Part shown: positions 19,411 through 33,148 of the stretch, in pieces
How positions within the stretch are numbered: the first letter of the stretch is position 1
Layout: the number at the start of each line of letters is the position of its first letter
NCBI GenBank assembly: GCA_965246715.1
Contig: CBDFFH010000039.1
Coordinates: 64,001-128,000, forward strand
Source of the DNA: Chamaesiphon sp.
GTDB taxonomy: Bacteria > Cyanobacteriota > Cyanobacteriia > Cyanobacteriales > Chamaesiphonaceae
Direction: 5' to 3'
DNA length: 64,000 nt
The notes under the pieces: generated by a model
The model's input: only the letters and a program-made list of their open reading frames with translations
Database searches by the model: none
Told to the model about the DNA's origin: nothing
Position numbers and translations under genes: made by a program

Positions 19411-20493
19411 TTAACCGTTAATCGAAGGAGCGACTAAAGCAACAGGAGTAGACTCACCAGCAGCTAAATCGAGTGGGAAGTTGTGAGCGTTGCGCTCGTG
19501 CATTACTTCCATCCCGAGGTTAGCGCGGTTGATGATGTCAGCCCAGGTATTGATTCCATGACCTTGAGCATCGACAACCGATTGGTTGAAGTTGAAACCG
19601 TTGAGGTTGAACGCCATCGTGGATACACCTAAAGAAGTGAACCAGATTCCAACTACCGGCCATGCACCCAAGAAGAAGTGCAACGAACGGCTGTTGTTGA
19701 AGGAAGCGTATTGGAAGATTAAACGACCGAAGTAGCCGTGAGCGGCAACGATGTTGTAAGTTTCTTCTTCTTGACCGAATTTGTAACCATAGTTTTGGCT
19801 TTCAACTTCAGTTGTTTCACGAACTAAAGAGGAAGTTACCAAGGAACCGTGCATTGCGGAGAATAACGAACCACCAAATACACCAGCTACTCCCAACATG
19901 TGGAAGGGGTGCATCAGGATGTTGTGCTCTGCTTGGAAGACGATCATGAAGTTGAACGTACCGGAGATACCTAAAGGCATACCGTCAGAGAACGAACCTT
20001 GACCGATTGGGTAGATCAAGAATACTGCGGTTGCTGCTGCTACGGGAGCGGAGTAAGCAACACAGATCCAAGGACGCATCCCTAAACGGTAGGAGAGTTC
20101 CCATTCACGACCCATGTAGCAGAAGATGCCAATTAAGAAGTGGAATACTACTAGTTGGTAAGGGCCGCCGTTGTACAACCACTCATCTAAGGAAGCTGCT
20201 TCCCAGATTGGGTAGAAGTGAAGACCGATAGCATTGGATGAAGGAATAACCGCACCAGAAATGATGTTGTTACCGAACATTAAGGAACCAGCGACTGGTT
20301 CGCGGATGCCGTCGATGTCTACTGGAGGTGCCGCGATGAACGCGATGATGAAGCAGATTGTGGCGGAGAGCAATGTAGGAACCATTAATACACCGAACCA
20401 ACCGACATAAATGCGGTTTTCGGTGGATGTGACCCAGCTACAGAACTTTTCCCATACATTTGCGCTTTCGCGACGTTGTAAGGTAGTAGTCAT
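19411..20493 (-). CDS. psbA: photosystem II D1 protein (Q130 form)
   Basis: 360 aa, canonical D1 with D170, E189, H198, H332, E333, D342, A344; PYQL at 128-131. Confidence 0.98.
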   Translation of the reverse strand: MTTTLQRRESANVWEKFCSWVTSTENRIYVGWFGVLMVPTLLSATICFIIAFIAAPPVDIDGIREPVAGSLMFGNNIISGAVIPSSNAIGLHFYPIWEAASLDEWLYNGGPYQLVVFHFLIGIFCYMGREWELSYRLGMRPWICVAYSAPVAAATAVFLIYPIGQGSFSDGMPLGISGTFNFMIVFQAEHNILMHPFHMLGVAGVFGGSLFSAMHGSLVTSSLVRETTEVESQNYGYKFGQEEETYNIVAAHGYFGRLIFQYASFNNSRSLHFFLGAWPVVGIWFTSLGVSTMAFNLNGFNFNQSVVDAQGHGINTWADIINRANLGMEVMHERNAHNFPLDLAAGESTPVALVAPSING

Positions 20494-20732
20494 TTGTTTA
20501 TGATGGCGATGAATTTTCTAGGTGCGGGTTGATTGCCTCAACCCCTATGCATTTCATATTAGAGCATATATTTAGGAATGTAACGTTCCTTCATATTCTC
20601 TTAACATTTAGTTTTGCCGGAAACTAGCTGAGTTCGAGGGAAATCTAGTTAGGGATCGATAGAACTACTCAAACTGGAGATAGCTTTGCTATCTAAGTCG
20701 CTACTCGATCGAGTCTAGTTTACAGTGGCGAT

Positions 20733-21077
<345 letters not shown>

Positions 21078-21587
21078 TTAATATCGCAACGACTTTATTA
21101 TTTTTAGGATTAATTCTATCTGTATATCGATCGATACTCTCCCGATCTTGCCTTCCCAATGCCCCAAGGTGCTGAGTTATCGATCGGAAGTCGATCGGGC
21201 TTGGATTTTACTCAGTCTTTAGGTACGGAAACTGGAAATCTTAAAGATCGGCGAGATGAGTAAGATGACTGTATTGAGTCGCTCGATCGTCCTATTTACA
21301 GAGCTGGAGCCAAAACTTTGGAAAAAGTAAAATTTTTATCGCCAAGCGCAAATAAATGTTAAGTTATTCTTTGCAAATTGTGTCGGATAATGTCAGAAAG
21401 TCCCACCAGTTGGGGGTTTTCTGCTAAAACTACTAGATAGTGAGAACTGAGTGGTTACTCAATCGCTGACGCTACAACATGTTAAGAAGTCGCTATTTCC
21501 AGTGGCATCACATCTCTCTAAAATCTTAATATCAGCCATTTTTCACGATCGAATCGCTAAAATCTTATCCCGTAGGAGCAATACCGA

Positions 21588-24500
21588 ATGTTCACTAACG
21601 TCAAGTCCACCATTAGACATATAGCTCCCGATGACATTCGGGGTAGACAGTTGTTAAAGGTGGTCTATGTCGTATTAGAGCCACAGTATCAGAGTTCGCT
21701 ATCTGCCGCTGTGAAAGCCATTAACGACCACAACCCCAAAGTCGCGATCGAAATTAGTGGCTATCTCTTAGAAGAACTCCGCGATCCCGAAAACTACGCT
21801 GGATTGCAGCGCGATATGGAAACGGCAAATATCTTCATCGCTTCATTGATTTTTATTGAAGATTTAGCCGAAAAAGTTGTTGCAGCGGTAGAACCTCATC
21901 GCGACAAATTAGATGTATCCGTAGTATTTCCCTCGATGCCAGCCGTGATGCGGTTGAGCAAAATGGGTAGTTTCTCCCTTGCCCAATTGGGTCAATCCAA
22001 AAGTGCGATCGGCGAGTTCATGAAAAAGCGCAAAGCTAAAGCTGGCGCGGGTAGCTTCCAAGATGGAATGCTCAAGTTATTAAATACCCTGCCGAATATT
22101 CTCAAGTATCTGCCAATGGAGAAAGCGCAAGATGCGCGCAACTTCATGTTGAGTTTTCAATACTGGCTTGGTGGTACTCCAGAGAATTTGGAAAACTTCC
22201 TGCTGATGTTGGCCGATCGATATGTCTTTAAGGAAGAAGACACGCTTAATTCCACTGACTCTGCCGGGGAAATCAAATACCAAGATCCCGTCACTTTTCC
22301 CGACATGGGGATCTGGCACCCCCTCGCGCCACAGATGTTCGAGGATTTGAAAGAGTATCTGAACTGGTACAACAGTCGCCGCGATGTCTCGGACGACCAT
22401 AAAGATCCGCTGGCACCTTGTATCGGTTTGGTATTGCAACGCACTCACATCGTTACTGGCGATGCAGCGCACTATGTGGCAATGGTACAAGAATTGGAAG
22501 CGATGGGCGCACGCGTCGTTCCCGTCTTTGCTGGCGGACTAGACTTCTCCAAACCTTTAGAAGCCTACTTCTTCGACCCACTCAAAAAAGATAGTGCGAT
22601 CGTCGATGCAGTCATTTCCCTGACTGGATTTGCCCTCGTTGGTGGCCCAGCACGTCAAGATCACCCCAAAGCGATCGATGCCCTCAAACGGTTGAATCGT
22701 CCTTATATGGTGGCGTTACCGCTAGTCTTCCAAACTACTGAAGAATGGGAAGATAGCGATCTCGGTCTCCATCCGATTCAAGTTGCGCTCCAAGTGGCTA
22801 TCCCTGAACTAGATGGTGCGATCGAACCGATCGTTTTATCCGGACGCGATGGGATGACCGGACGCGCGATCGCCCTCCAAGATCGGGTTGAAGCGATCGC
22901 TGGACGTGCGATGAAATGGGCAAACCTGCGCCGCAAGCCGAAATTAAACAAAAAAGTGGCGATTACCGTCTTTAGTTTCCCCCCCGATAAAGGAAATGTT
23001 GGTACTGCCGCTTATTTAGATGTCTTTGGCTCCATCTTTGAAGTGATGAAAGCCATGAAGCAGAACGGCTATGACTTGCCAGAATTGCCAGCCACATCCA
23101 AAGAATTGATGGAAGCCGTCATCCATGATGCCCAGGCGCAATATAATAGCCCTGAGTTAAACGTCGCCTATCGGATGTCTGTCGATGAGTACGAAGCTCT
23201 GACTCCTTACTCCGAAAAACTTCATGAAAGCTGGGGGCCGCCACCAGGAAACCTCAATAGCGACGGTCAGAACCTCGTTATTTACGGCAAACATTTCGGT
23301 AATCTATTCATTGGGATTCAGCCCACCTTCGGTTATGAAGGCGACCCGATGCGGTTGTTATTCTCCCGTTCGGCTAGTCCGCACCATGGTTTCGCCGCTT
23401 ACTATACCTACCTGGAAAAAGTTTGGGAAGCTGATGCTGTCCTGCACTTCGGTACCCACGGTTCGCTCGAATTTATGCCTGGGAAGCAGATGGGCATGTC
23501 GAATGAATGCTTCCCTGACAGTTTGATTGGGAATATTCCGAACCTCTACTATTACGCCGCGAACAATCCCAGCGAAGCAACGATTGCCAAACGTCGTTCC
23601 TATGCCGAAACTATTTCCTACCTGACCCCTCCAGCGGAAAATGCTGGTTTATATAAAGGCTTGCAAGAACTCGGCGAACTCGTCGGTTCGTACCAATCGC
23701 TCCGAGATAGCGGACGTAGCATTCAAATCGTCAATACGATTATGGACAAAGCGCGGATTTGCAACCTAGATAAAGATGTCGAACTCCCCGATATCGATGC
23801 TAGCACGATGAGCCAAGAAGACCGCGATAATATCGTTGGTTCGGTCTATCGTCGCTTGATGGAAATCGAATCGCGTCTCCTGCCTTGTGGTTTGCACGTC
23901 GTTGGTAAGCCACCCACCGCCGAAGAAGCGATCGCAACTCTAGTTAATATCGCATCACTCGATCGAGAGGAGGAAGGTATTAAAGGTCTACCTCGGATTA
24001 TTGCTGAAGCACTCGGCCGCGATCTCGAGCAGATCTATCAAAGTAACGATCGCGGTATCCTCGAAGATGTCCAACTGTTGCAAGATATGACCCTCGCCGT
24101 CCGCGAAGCGGTCGCGGCCCTCGTCAAAGAGCAAGTCAACGCCGAAGGTCGGGTGTCTCTCGTCTCTAAGTTGAATTTCTTCAACATGGGTAAAAAAGAA
24201 CCTTGGGTCGAATCCCTCTATGCTGCGGGTTATAAAAAAATCAACCTCGAAGAAATCAAAACCCAGTTTGAGTACCTGGAATTCTGCCTCAAACAAGTCT
24301 GTGCCGACAACGAACTCGGCGCGTTGCTGCAAGGCTTAGAAGGCGAATATGTCCTCCCAGGGCCAGGTGGCGACCCCATCCGTAACCCCGATGTCTTACC
24401 CACAGGGAAGAACATGCACGCCCTCGACCCGCAATCTATCCCTACTGAAGCAGCAGTTAAATCTGCCAAAGTAGTGGTCGATCGCTTACTCGAACGGCAG

Positions 24501-25592
24501 ATGCGCGATAATAACGGCCAATATCCCGAAACGATCGCTTGCGTCCTTTGGGGTACCGACAACATTAAAACCTATGGCGAATCTCTAGCCCAAATCATGT
24601 GGATGGTCGGCGTAAAACCCGTACCCGATGCTCTCGGCCGGATCAATAAGCTCCACATGATTCCCCTCGAAGAACTCGGTCGTCCGCGCATCGATGTTGT
24701 GATCAACTGTTCCGGTGTCTTCCGCGACCTGTTCATCAACCAGATGAACCTGCTCGACCAAGCCGTAAAAATGGCCGCCGAAGCCGACGAACCGCTAGAA
24801 ATGAACTTCATCCGCAAACACGCCCTCGTACAAGCCGAAGAGATGGGAATCAACCTCCGCCAAGCCGCCACCCGTGTCTTCTCGAACGCTTCCGGTTCCT
24901 ACTCCTCCAACATCAACCTCGCGGTGGAAAACGGCACCTGGGAAAACGAATCCGAACTTCAGGAAATGTACCTTGGACGCAAATCCTTCGCATTCAGCGC
25001 GGACAATCCAGGGACGATGGAGCAAAGTCGCAAAATCTTTGAAACCACCCTCAAAACCGCTGAAGTCACTTTCCAGAACCTCGATTCCTCAGAAATCAGT
25101 CTGACCGACGTATCCCATTACTACGACTCAGACCCGACTAAAATCGTCGCTAGCCTCCGCGATGACGGCAAACAGCCTACCTCATTCATCGCCGATACCA
25201 CGACCGCCAACGCTCAAGTCCGCACCCTCTCCGAAACAGTCCGCCTCGACGCACGGACGAAACTACTCAACCCGAAATGGTATGAAGGGATGCTCAGTCA
25301 TGGTTATGAAGGTGTCCGCGAACTCTCGAAACGGTTGGTGAATACCAGCGGTTGGAGTGCGACAGCGGGCGCAGTAGATAACTGGATTTATGAGGAAACC
25401 AATGACACATTCATCAAAGATGAGGAAATGTGCAAACGGCTGATGAATCTCAATCCAAATTCGTTCCGCAAGATTGTCTCGACGCTATTAGAAGTCAATG
25501 GTCGCGGTTATTGGGAGACGAGTGAGGAGAATCTTGATAAGCTCCGTGAAATGTATCAAGAGGTCGAAGACCGAATTGAAGGTGTTGAGTAG
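21588..25592 (+). CDS. chlH: magnesium chelatase subunit H
   Basis: 1334 aa, [28 protein letters not shown]-terminal [10 protein letters not shown]. Confidence 0.97.
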   Translation: MFTNVKSTIRHIAPDDIRGRQLLKVVYVVLEPQYQSSLSAAVKAINDHNPKVAIEISGYLLEELRDPENYAGLQRDMETANIFIASLIFIEDLAEKVVAAVEPHRDKLDVSVVFPSMPAVMRLSKMGSFSLAQLGQSKSAIGEFMKKRKAKAGAGSFQDGMLKLLNTLPNILKYLPMEKAQDARNFMLSFQYWLGGTPENLENFLLMLADRYVFKEEDTLNSTDSAGEIKYQDPVTFPDMGIWHPLAPQMFEDLKEYLNWYNSRRDVSDDHKDPLAPCIGLVLQRTHIVTGDAAHYVAMVQELEAMGARVVPVFAGGLDFSKPLEAYFFDPLKKDSAIVDAVISLTGFALVGGPARQDHPKAIDALKRLNRPYMVALPLVFQTTEEWEDSDLGLHPIQVALQVAIPELDGAIEPIVLSGRDGMTGRAIALQDRVEAIAGRAMKWANLRRKPKLNKKVAITVFSFPPDKGNVGTAAYLDVFGSIFEVMKAMKQNGYDLPELPATSKELMEAVIHDAQAQYNSPELNVAYRMSVDEYEALTPYSEKLHESWGPPPGNLNSDGQNLVIYGKHFGNLFIGIQPTFGYEGDPMRLLFSRSASPHHGFAAYYTYLEKVWEADAVLHFGTHGSLEFMPGKQMGMSNECFPDSLIGNIPNLYYYAANNPSEATIAKRRSYAETISYLTPPAENAGLYKGLQELGELVGSYQSLRDSGRSIQIVNTIMDKARICNLDKDVELPDIDASTMSQEDRDNIVGSVYRRLMEIESRLLPCGLHVVGKPPTAEEAIATLVNIASLDREEEGIKGLPRIIAEALGRDLEQIYQSNDRGILEDVQLLQDMTLAVREAVAALVKEQVNAEGRVSLVSKLNFFNMGKKEPWVESLYAAGYKKINLEEIKTQFEYLEFCLKQVCADNELGALLQGLEGEYVLPGPGGDPIRNPDVLPTGKNMHALDPQSIPTEAAVKSAKVVVDRLLERQMRDNNGQYPETIACVLWGTDNIKTYGESLAQIMWMVGVKPVPDALGRINKLHMIPLEELGRPRIDVVINCSGVFRDLFINQMNLLDQAVKMAAEADEPLEMNFIRKHALVQAEEMGINLRQAATRVFSNASGSYSSNINLAVENGTWENESELQEMYLGRKSFAFSADNPGTMEQSRKIFETTLKTAEVTFQNLDSSEISLTDVSHYYDSDPTKIVASLRDDGKQPTSFIADTTTANAQVRTLSETVRLDARTKLLNPKWYEGMLSHGYEGVRELSKRLVNTSGWSATAGAVDNWIYEETNDTFIKDEEMCKRLMNLNPNSFRKIVSTLLEVNGRGYWETSEENLDKLREMYQEVEDRIEGVE

Positions 25593-25615
25593 CTAACTCA
25601 GTCACTCTGAATATC

Positions 25616-25645
25616 ACCCCTGTAGCCTACCCTACAGGGGTTTTT
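25616..25645 (+). terminator. chlH terminator
   Basis: ACCCCTGTAG..CTACAGGGGT followed by a T-run. Confidence 0.7.
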
Positions 25646-25675
25646 CATTGTCATTACAGACTGCAAGCTAGATTA

Positions 25676-25885
25676 ACGTGAGTTCGGGTTAAGGATCTTT
25701 GCTTAATGACTCCTAGTTTCGTTTCTGAACCGCCCTCAAATGAATTTGCGGATGCTTTTCATGCGGAGGGAACCTCCGCATGTGTTGCTTTTAGCCCGTT
25801 GGCGAAGCCTCTCGGAACGAGACACTTATAGTTCAGGGCGGTGATTGAGCGAAGCAGATCGATTTTCCTTATCCCGAACTCACGT
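25676..25885. mobile_element. MITE (~210 bp)
   Basis: TIR ACGTGAGTTCGGG(T/A)TAAGG / CCTTATCCCGAACTCACGT; flanking duplication TAGATTA; homologous to 29837-30049. Confidence 0.8.
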
Positions 25886-26045
25886 TAGATTAAGCTCTCA
25901 TCATTAAGATGGGATTTAACCAAAGTCGGGTCACCTTTTCACCCCCCTTTTCAAACAGCCTCTGAGACTAGATCGAGGTGTGTAGATTGAGATAATCTTG
26001 GGATTTGTATGCAATATTTAACTACTATTAATTCAGCAGTAAGAT

Positions 26046-26465
26046 TTACAATCGTGAACAATTGTTGTCTCGACAACTTTTGAATTGATAATCCGAAATA
26101 TAAGTTCGATCGCGTTTCCCGAACCACTGATAGCGATTGTCACGAATCTGTAAATAACCGCGATCTCCCAACCATTTCAGGCCAGGAATCCATCGATATA
26201 GATCGATCGCTAGATCTACTCCAGGTAATAACTTGCCGATCGCTTCTGCGGCTTCACTACCCTGCCAACGTTGTGTCGGCTCGTCAGCATTTATCAACAT
26301 CATCCCCTGCTGACAATCAGCCTCAGTCACACCAAATTCTGCCAGGGTTTGCTTGTCTTGCATCGGGATATATCGAAATAAATTGCCACGATCGATCTGC
26401 TCTAACTGCTGTACGAATGTCGCACACAGATTGCAGTTGCCATCATAAATTGCATAGTAAGACAT
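26046..26465 (-). CDS. DCC-family thiol-disulfide oxidoreductase
   Basis: IYDGNCNLC motif, Y..I.DNRYQWFG. Confidence 0.88.
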   Translation of the reverse strand: MSYYAIYDGNCNLCATFVQQLEQIDRGNLFRYIPMQDKQTLAEFGVTEADCQQGMMLINADEPTQRWQGSEAAEAIGKLLPGVDLAIDLYRWIPGLKWLGDRGYLQIRDNRYQWFGKRDRTYISDYQFKSCRDNNCSRL

Positions 26466-26741
26466 TGGTGCTAACTGAGAAATGAAGATCGACTATAACT
26501 TTGCAGAAGTATCGAACGGTTTTTAGTTATTGTTTGTTCTATTATATCTAAATGGATATTGTTTTTCACTGATTTTGTTTGTCATTAAACATTTTTTGTT
26601 AAAATCATGCCCAATCGAAAATGCGATTGCTTGTAATACTCCGATCGATTCAGTTAAAACTACGCTAGATTGAAGTTGCGATCGATTAGGATTGCTATAG
26701 TATGCTCGATCGATAGTAAATATGGCAAATAAGAATTGATA

Positions 26742-26874
26742 GGCGTTGCTGAATTAATGTATGAAACGCACAAACAATTTTTGTAGGGGTAATGCCTCGT
26801 GCTTACCCCGCATCGATTCAGGGTACTCACAAGGGGCACCCCTACAAAAAATCATACCCATATTCAGCAACGCC
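26742..26874. mobile_element. 133-bp MITE with IS1-type ends and internal REP-like palindrome
   Basis: TIR GGCGTTGCTGAAT / ATTCAGCAACGCC; 8-bp TSD AATTGATA; internal TTTTTGTAGGGG..CCCCTACAAAAA. Confidence 0.85.
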
Positions 26875-26957
26875 AATTGATAAATGTGTGTAATTACCAT
26901 AAAAATCTAAGTGGTGATTGACATAGGAGGCATTCTGTTGTTAAGGGTTAGACGACA

Positions 26958-27261
26958 ATGAGGTTGGCGGTTGCTGATGAAATGACTTTGCCCTTCGACC
27001 GGATTTCTTTGGAAATGATTTACAGAGGACTTTATCATTTCTATATAGCTCATCACAAAGGTTTAGCGAACGACCCCATTAAATATTTTTCTGCTCCTGA
27101 AAATCAAGATCTAGGTGTTGTCAAAACTATCCGCAAACCCAATGTTAAGTTGATTATTGCCCCTTTTCCTGAACATAGGCATCCTGACGACCCATTTTTC
27201 TTTGAGCCGTCTCCTTAAACTCTCTTGACAGTTAGCTTACAGGCTTAACTTGTCACCGATG
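26958..27261 (+). pseudogene. IS4-family transposase C-terminal fragment with terminal IR
   Basis: AVADE..LPFDRISLEM.YRGLYHF....KG.A.DP.KYF..PEN.DLGVVK; ends in TTAACTTGTCACCGATG, an IS4-type end. Confidence 0.7.
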
Positions 27262-27377
27262 CGTCCAGACTTAACTTGATGTAAATAGAGACGATCTGTA
27301 CGACAATAAATAAACGAACGGCTTGCTGACACACACGGCAATCGCCCGATCGCGACTATACGCTTTGCTTAAATTAA

Positions 27378-29837
27378 ATGTATATAGCTCTAAATTGGTT
27401 AAAAGAACTCGTAGACTGCCAACTAGATCCGGAAGAGTTGGCGAAAACCCTTACGCTAGCTGGGTTTGAGGTAGAGTCGATCGAGGATCGCAGTACTTGG
27501 GCGGATGGGGTTATTGTCGGGCGCGTCTTGACGCGGATTCAACATCCCAATGCCGATAAATTAAGCGTCTGTACCGTCGATGTTGGCGGCGAGGAACCGC
27601 TGCAAATCGTTTGTGGTGCGGCGAATGTGCGTGAGGGGATTCATGTAGCCGTGGCGACTGTGGGGACTTATTTACCGAAAGTCGATCTCAAAATCAAACC
27701 TGCGATACTCCGGGGCGAAAAGTCCGAAGGGATGATTTGTTCGCTGTCGGAAGTTGGTTTGACGAAGGAATCGGAAGGGATTCATATCTTCGGCGAAGCG
27801 GAAGATCCGGCTACTCCAGCTATCGGTACCGATGTTCGATCGCTATTAGGATTGGATGATGTGATTCTCGATCTCTCCTCTACTGCAAATCGGGCAGATG
27901 CATTGAGTATGGTGGGCATCGCGCGCGAAGTCGCGGCATTAACTGGTGGCGCGTTGAAGTTACCGACAGTTGCGGCTAGCACGATTCCCCGTCAGCCGGA
28001 ATTAACCGTTCAGGTACGCGAACCGCAAGCTTGTCCCGTTTATTCAGCGACGCTGATTCAGGGTGTCACCATCGCGCCATCGCCGGAATGGTTGCAACGT
28101 CGCTTGCAAGCGGCAGGAATTCGCCCGATTAACAATATTGTCGATGTAACTAATTACATCCTGCTGGAGTGGGGACAACCGTTACACGCCTTCGATGCGG
28201 ATAAATTGCAAACCGTGAGTGGTAGTGCCGCGATTCAAATGGGCGTTCGGTATAGTGAGAAGCAAGGGGAAACCCTCAAGACGCTAGACGGACGAGAACG
28301 TCAACTGGTCGCCCAAAATCTCATAATTACGGCTAGCAATACTCCCGTCGCCCTCGCAGGTGTCATGGGAGGCGAAACTACTGAGGTATCTGAAGGTACT
28401 CAAAATATCGTCTTAGAAGCGGCGATTTTCGATTCGGTCGCGGTGCGAAAATCGGCACGCAGTCAGGGCGGAATGAGATCGGAAGCATCGACGCGCTACG
28501 AGCGGGGTGTGAACTTAGCCGAACTGGAAATCGCTACACAACGCGCGATCGAGCTAATCGTACAACTCTCTGGTGGTAAGATTATCGCTCAGGATGTCAG
28601 CGATCGTCGCCCCGATTTCTCGCAACAGCCTCGGACGATTAAACTGCGGTTGGAGCGGTTGAATAAAATTTTGGGTGCGATCGACGATGATGGTGAAGAA
28701 GGCGAAATTACTGCCGAAGATGTCGAACGCACGCTGACGGCGTTGGGTTGTCAGTTGACAGTAGCAGAAGAAGATGTCTGGAATGTCATCGTGCCCCCCT
28801 ATCGCTATCGCGATTTGGAACGCGAAATCGATTTGATCGAAGAAGTCGCCAGATTGTATGGTTACGATCGCTTCCTCGATACGCTGCCAGCTGAATCAGC
28901 AGCGGGTTTTCTCTCCTTAGATGAGGAGTTAATGCGGATAATTCGGGCGGCTTTTCGAGCTGTCGGCTTGAATGAAGTGGTGCAATATTCTTATGCGATC
29001 GAGAAATTAAACGATGGTTCTCAAGTCGAAATTGTCAATCCGATGTTCGCCGAATATTCGACCTTGCGATCGGAATTAATCTCTGGTTTGATTCAAAGTT
29101 TCCAAACCAATCTCGCCCAAGGAAATGGCGAACTCCAAGGATTTGAAATCAGCAAAATCTTCGGACGCGACGAAGCTGGATTATTAGTCGAAGCCGATGT
29201 ATTAGCGGGCATTATGGGCGGCGATCCCGAACAGGGGCGCTGGACGACTGGTGGGAAGTCACAACCGCTCTCCTGGTATGAAGCGAAAGGGATGCTCGAA
29301 AGCGTCTTCCAGAGCTTGAAATTGCCTGTAGAGTATCACTCCGATCGCTCCGATGCTAAACTCCATCCAGGGCGCACGGCATCCCTCTGGTTGAAGGGTC
29401 AGAAACTGGGTTATTTCGGACAACTGCACCCGCAACTCCGGCAGGAGAAGGATTTACCCGCTGCGGTGTATGTGTTCCAACTCAATCTCGATCCGATCCT
29501 TAATTACCTCGCCGCTGAGGAACAACTAGTCGCGGTATTTAAAAACTACTCTAGCTATCCACCATCCGATCGCGATATTGCGTTCTTTGTCTCGGTAGAT
29601 GTCGCCGTCGCCGATATTCAAAAATCGATCGTCAAGGCTGGCGGTGAGTTATTGGAAGCTGTCGAAGTCTTCGATGAATATCGCGGTGAAAACGTCCCAG
29701 CAGGACAACGCAGTCTGGCAATTCGATCGATCTATCGCGCACTCGATCGCACTTTGGTAGATGCAGATGTGGAGCCATTACAGCAAAAGGTGCGCGATGC
29801 TCTAGTCGAGAAGTTTAATGTAACGCTACGAAGTTAA
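27378..29837 (+). CDS. pheT: phenylalanine-tRNA ligase beta subunit
   Basis: [49 protein letters not shown]. Confidence 0.97.
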   Translation: MYIALNWLKELVDCQLDPEELAKTLTLAGFEVESIEDRSTWADGVIVGRVLTRIQHPNADKLSVCTVDVGGEEPLQIVCGAANVREGIHVAVATVGTYLPKVDLKIKPAILRGEKSEGMICSLSEVGLTKESEGIHIFGEAEDPATPAIGTDVRSLLGLDDVILDLSSTANRADALSMVGIAREVAALTGGALKLPTVAASTIPRQPELTVQVREPQACPVYSATLIQGVTIAPSPEWLQRRLQAAGIRPINNIVDVTNYILLEWGQPLHAFDADKLQTVSGSAAIQMGVRYSEKQGETLKTLDGRERQLVAQNLIITASNTPVALAGVMGGETTEVSEGTQNIVLEAAIFDSVAVRKSARSQGGMRSEASTRYERGVNLAELEIATQRAIELIVQLSGGKIIAQDVSDRRPDFSQQPRTIKLRLERLNKILGAIDDDGEEGEITAEDVERTLTALGCQLTVAEEDVWNVIVPPYRYRDLEREIDLIEEVARLYGYDRFLDTLPAESAAGFLSLDEELMRIIRAAFRAVGLNEVVQYSYAIEKLNDGSQVEIVNPMFAEYSTLRSELISGLIQSFQTNLAQGNGELQGFEISKIFGRDEAGLLVEADVLAGIMGGDPEQGRWTTGGKSQPLSWYEAKGMLESVFQSLKLPVEYHSDRSDAKLHPGRTASLWLKGQKLGYFGQLHPQLRQEKDLPAAVYVFQLNLDPILNYLAAEEQLVAVFKNYSSYPPSDRDIAFFVSVDVAVADIQKSIVKAGGELLEAVEVFDEYRGENVPAGQRSLAIRSIYRALDRTLVDADVEPLQQKVRDALVEKFNVTLRS

Positions 29838-30131
29838 CGGGAGTTCGGGTTAAAGATGTCCACTTAATGACTCCTAGCTTCGTTTCTGAACCGCCCTCAA
29901 ACGAATTAGTTGCTCATAGCAAAAGTTCGTTTCAACGAACTAATCAATTGGGCAGTTCTCTGAAGAGAACTTTTGCTATTAGCCCGAACTTATAGTTCAG
30001 GGCGGTGCTTGAACGGAGCAGATCGATTTTCCTTATCCCGAACTCACGTTAAGATACATAGTCTGCGAGGCAGACTTTGCATCATAAGCAAAGACTTCAG
30101 TGTCTAGGCTACTATTATCCCGAACTCACGT
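29837..30131. mobile_element. composite/nested MITE (same family as 25676)
   Basis: One left end ACGGGAGTTCGGG, two right ends TTATCCCGAACTCACGT (ending 30049 and 30131); AAGTTAA on both outer flanks. Confidence 0.75.
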
Positions 30132-30331
30132 AAGTTAAGGTTGTGTATTAAAAAATCCCCCTTTTTAAGGGGGATTCAACGGTGCGCTCTACTCTCTGGT
30201 AAATAGCAGATAATAAAGTCCCTTACTTACATAACGATGGGTGAGGTTGTTAACCGATATTTCGAGATTGCAATTGGGGTTGCTTTCCAGGTTGCACACA
30301 GGCTCGGCGAGATCTGTCGACGACCTGTCAG

Positions 30332-31621
30332 TTACTTTTTTTGAGCTGAGCTACTACCATTCCGGGCGATCGCGACTTGTAATGTTTGGAGCGCTTTGGC
30401 ATATTGCGGATCGGCAGGAGTAGCTACTTTGCTACGATCTTTGACAAAAGTTTGGATTTGAGCCTTAGTTAACTTGACCTCAACATCTGGTTTGATCCCA
30501 GCATGATTGATATCTTTACCGCTAGGAGTATAGTACTTAGCGATCGTTACTGCCATCCCGGCACCGTCGCTCAACGGACGAACCGATTGCACCAAACCTT
30601 TCCCGAATGTCTTGGCACCTACAAGTTGAGCGCGTTTGTTATCCTGAAGGGCACCAGAAAGAATTTCACTAGCACTTGCCGAACCGCCATCAACGAGCAC
30701 GACTACTGGTTTATTGGTAATCGCAGTATGGTTGGCTGACTGGGTTTCGCCGCCGCCTTGACGAGGAACGGTAGAGACAATTTTGCCATCATCGATAAAC
30801 ATCCGCGCGATATCGATCGCACCGTAGAGCAAGCCACCTGGATTCGATCGCAGATCGAGGATATAACCGTTAGCACCTTGACCTTCGAGTTTTTGAATCG
30901 CCGCACTCATTTCTGCTGAGGCATTAGCACTAAACTGTTTGAGTCGGATATAACCGATGCCATTCAATTCTTGCGGACGGTATTTAGCTTCGACTGGGTG
31001 AATCTCGATTTGTTGGCGCAGGAGGTTGAAATCTAATACCTGACGACCATCGCGGCGGATCGTTAATTTGACCGTGGTGCCTTCTTTCCCCCGAATCAAT
31101 TGGACGGCTTTATTGACATCCATCCCTGTGGTACTTTTGCCGTCAATGCTGGTGATAATATCTTTAGATAGAATTCCTGCCTTAGCTGCTGGGGTATCTT
31201 CGATCGGGGCGATCACGATCAGTCGCTTGGTCTTTTCATCTTGGCTAAGTTGAATTCCGACCCCAATTAACTGACCGGAGGTTTCAACTTGAAGGTCCCG
31301 AAACTCTTTGGGATCCATGAAGCGGGTATAAGGATCGTTGAGGTTTTTGAGCATCAACCGAACGTTCTTATAGACCTCTTCCTTATTCTTGTAAGTTTTT
31401 TGGAGATATTGCTTGCGAATCGCCCGCCAATCTTTTTGATTGAATGTGCCATCGACATACTGGCGATCGATAATCTGCCACACTTCATCGATTACTTCCT
31501 TGGGACTATCCTTGAAGAACGCGACACCCTTGGGAAGATGAAGCCCCGCACCAGTAACTGCGACTGCTGTGAGCACTAATGCTGTGGCACCAATAACTAA
31601 CCCGTGTTTTTCGATCTTCAT
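30332..31621 (-). CDS. S41 carboxyl-terminal processing protease (CtpA-like)
   Basis: DPYTRF, PDZ domain, DLRSNPGGLL, SASASEI, TFGKGLVQ; start moved to internal ATG. Confidence 0.9.
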   Translation of the reverse strand: MKIEKHGLVIGATALVLTAVAVTGAGLHLPKGVAFFKDSPKEVIDEVWQIIDRQYVDGTFNQKDWRAIRKQYLQKTYKNKEEVYKNVRLMLKNLNDPYTRFMDPKEFRDLQVETSGQLIGVGIQLSQDEKTKRLIVIAPIEDTPAAKAGILSKDIITSIDGKSTTGMDVNKAVQLIRGKEGTTVKLTIRRDGRQVLDFNLLRQQIEIHPVEAKYRPQELNGIGYIRLKQFSANASAEMSAAIQKLEGQGANGYILDLRSNPGGLLYGAIDIARMFIDDGKIVSTVPRQGGGETQSANHTAITNKPVVVLVDGGSASASEILSGALQDNKRAQLVGAKTFGKGLVQSVRPLSDGAGMAVTIAKYYTPSGKDINHAGIKPDVEVKLTKAQIQTFVKDRSKVATPADPQYAKALQTLQVAIARNGSSSAQKK

Positions 31622-31825
31622 GATTCTGTCTAAATTAGCAGGAAAGGGAAAAAGTGGCACGATCTTATCCCTAATTTAGCACATCTTATCGACTGACTAG
31701 GGGGATGGGTAAACTGCTCGCGATCGTACCGATCGACATAGTGTCACTCTATTATAACCTACGAGGATCGGTAGCTGGGTAGCGATCCCCATCACCATTA
31801 AATGATGACGGGGATCGGTTGCCCT

Positions 31826-33052
31826 TTATACTTCTGGTTCGACCCAGCGATCGTCAGCCTTAATTAGCGCGATCAGCTCAGTCACCCCATCAGCTTCCGG
31901 AACGCGCTTAATTTCATCGCGACCGCGATAGAGCGAGATATAGCCAGGAGTTTTACCCACATAACCGTAATCGGCATCGGCCATCTCACCAGGGCCATTG
32001 ACGATACAACCCATCACCGCGATGTCGAGTCCGGTCAAGTGCTTGGTTGCCTCCCTAACTTGATGGAGGACTGTTTCGAGGTTAAACAGCGTGCGACCGC
32101 ACGACGGACAAGCTACGTATTCCACCATCGTCTTCCGCAACCCCAGTGCTTGGAGGATGCTATAGCAGACGGGGATTTCTTTTTCGGGAGCTTCGGTGAG
32201 CGATACGCGCAATGTGTCGCCGATCCCTTCTGCTAATAATGTCGCGATCCCAGCGGTAGATTTGATCCGACCGTACTCGCCATCCCCAGCTTCAGTCACG
32301 CCGAGGTGAATCGGATAATCCATCCCTTCGGCATCCATGCGCTGTGCGAGCAAGCGGTATGCTGCCACCATCACCGGAACGCGGGAGGCTTTCATCGAGA
32401 TAATCAGATTGTGAAAATCGAACGATCGACAGATCCGAATACATTCTAAGGCCGACTCGACCATGCCTTGAGGCGTGTCGCCGTAAGTAAATAGCATCCG
32501 TTCGGCAAGCGAACCATGATTGACCCCAATCCGCATCGCTTTGCCTCGATCGCGCAATGATACGATCAAGGGTTCGAGCATCTCTTTAATATGCTCGCCA
32601 ATTTCGGCAAATTCAGCAGGTGTATATTCGGTGCGATCTGGTTTGGGTTTCTCAAATACATACAGTCCCGGATTGATCCGCACTTTATCGACATGCTTAG
32701 CAACTTCTAGGGCAATTTTCATCCCATTGTGATGCACGTCAGCAACTAGTGGGACGCGCTGATATGTATCGATCAGTTTTTGCTTGATTTCCGCTAAGGC
32801 TTTAGCATGTGCCATGCTCGGTACAGTAACGCGAACGATCTCGCAACCGATTTCGTGGAGACGGCGAATACCGGCGACTGCACCATCGATGTCGAGTGTA
32901 TCTTCATTGATCATCGACTGGACGACAACTGGATTGTTGCCGCCGATAATGATGCTCCCTACGGCTACCGGACGTGTCTTCCGGCGATGGATCGTCGTAT
33001 CGGTACCTAAGTTACTATAAGCGGTCTGAGCGGGTGCTGGCAGGGTCTGCAT
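31826..33052 (-). CDS. ispG: HMBPP synthase (GcpE)
   Basis: [44 protein letters not shown]. Confidence 0.96.
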   Translation of the reverse strand: MQTLPAPAQTAYSNLGTDTTIHRRKTRPVAVGSIIIGGNNPVVVQSMINEDTLDIDGAVAGIRRLHEIGCEIVRVTVPSMAHAKALAEIKQKLIDTYQRVPLVADVHHNGMKIALEVAKHVDKVRINPGLYVFEKPKPDRTEYTPAEFAEIGEHIKEMLEPLIVSLRDRGKAMRIGVNHGSLAERMLFTYGDTPQGMVESALECIRICRSFDFHNLIISMKASRVPVMVAAYRLLAQRMDAEGMDYPIHLGVTEAGDGEYGRIKSTAGIATLLAEGIGDTLRVSLTEAPEKEIPVCYSILQALGLRKTMVEYVACPSCGRTLFNLETVLHQVREATKHLTGLDIAVMGCIVNGPGEMADADYGYVGKTPGYISLYRGRDEIKRVPEADGVTELIALIKADDRWVEPEV

Positions 33053-33148
33053 ATACAAAAAACTGTGGGGATTTGGATGCAATTATCTCCTCTTCAGCTT
33101 GCCACAATTTGGCTCGATCGGGATGCTTGATTATTGTTGCCAGTCATT

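Noticed and set aside
19411..20493. Atypical (rogue or far-red) D1
   Set aside because: All Mn-cluster ligands and the processing site are canonical.
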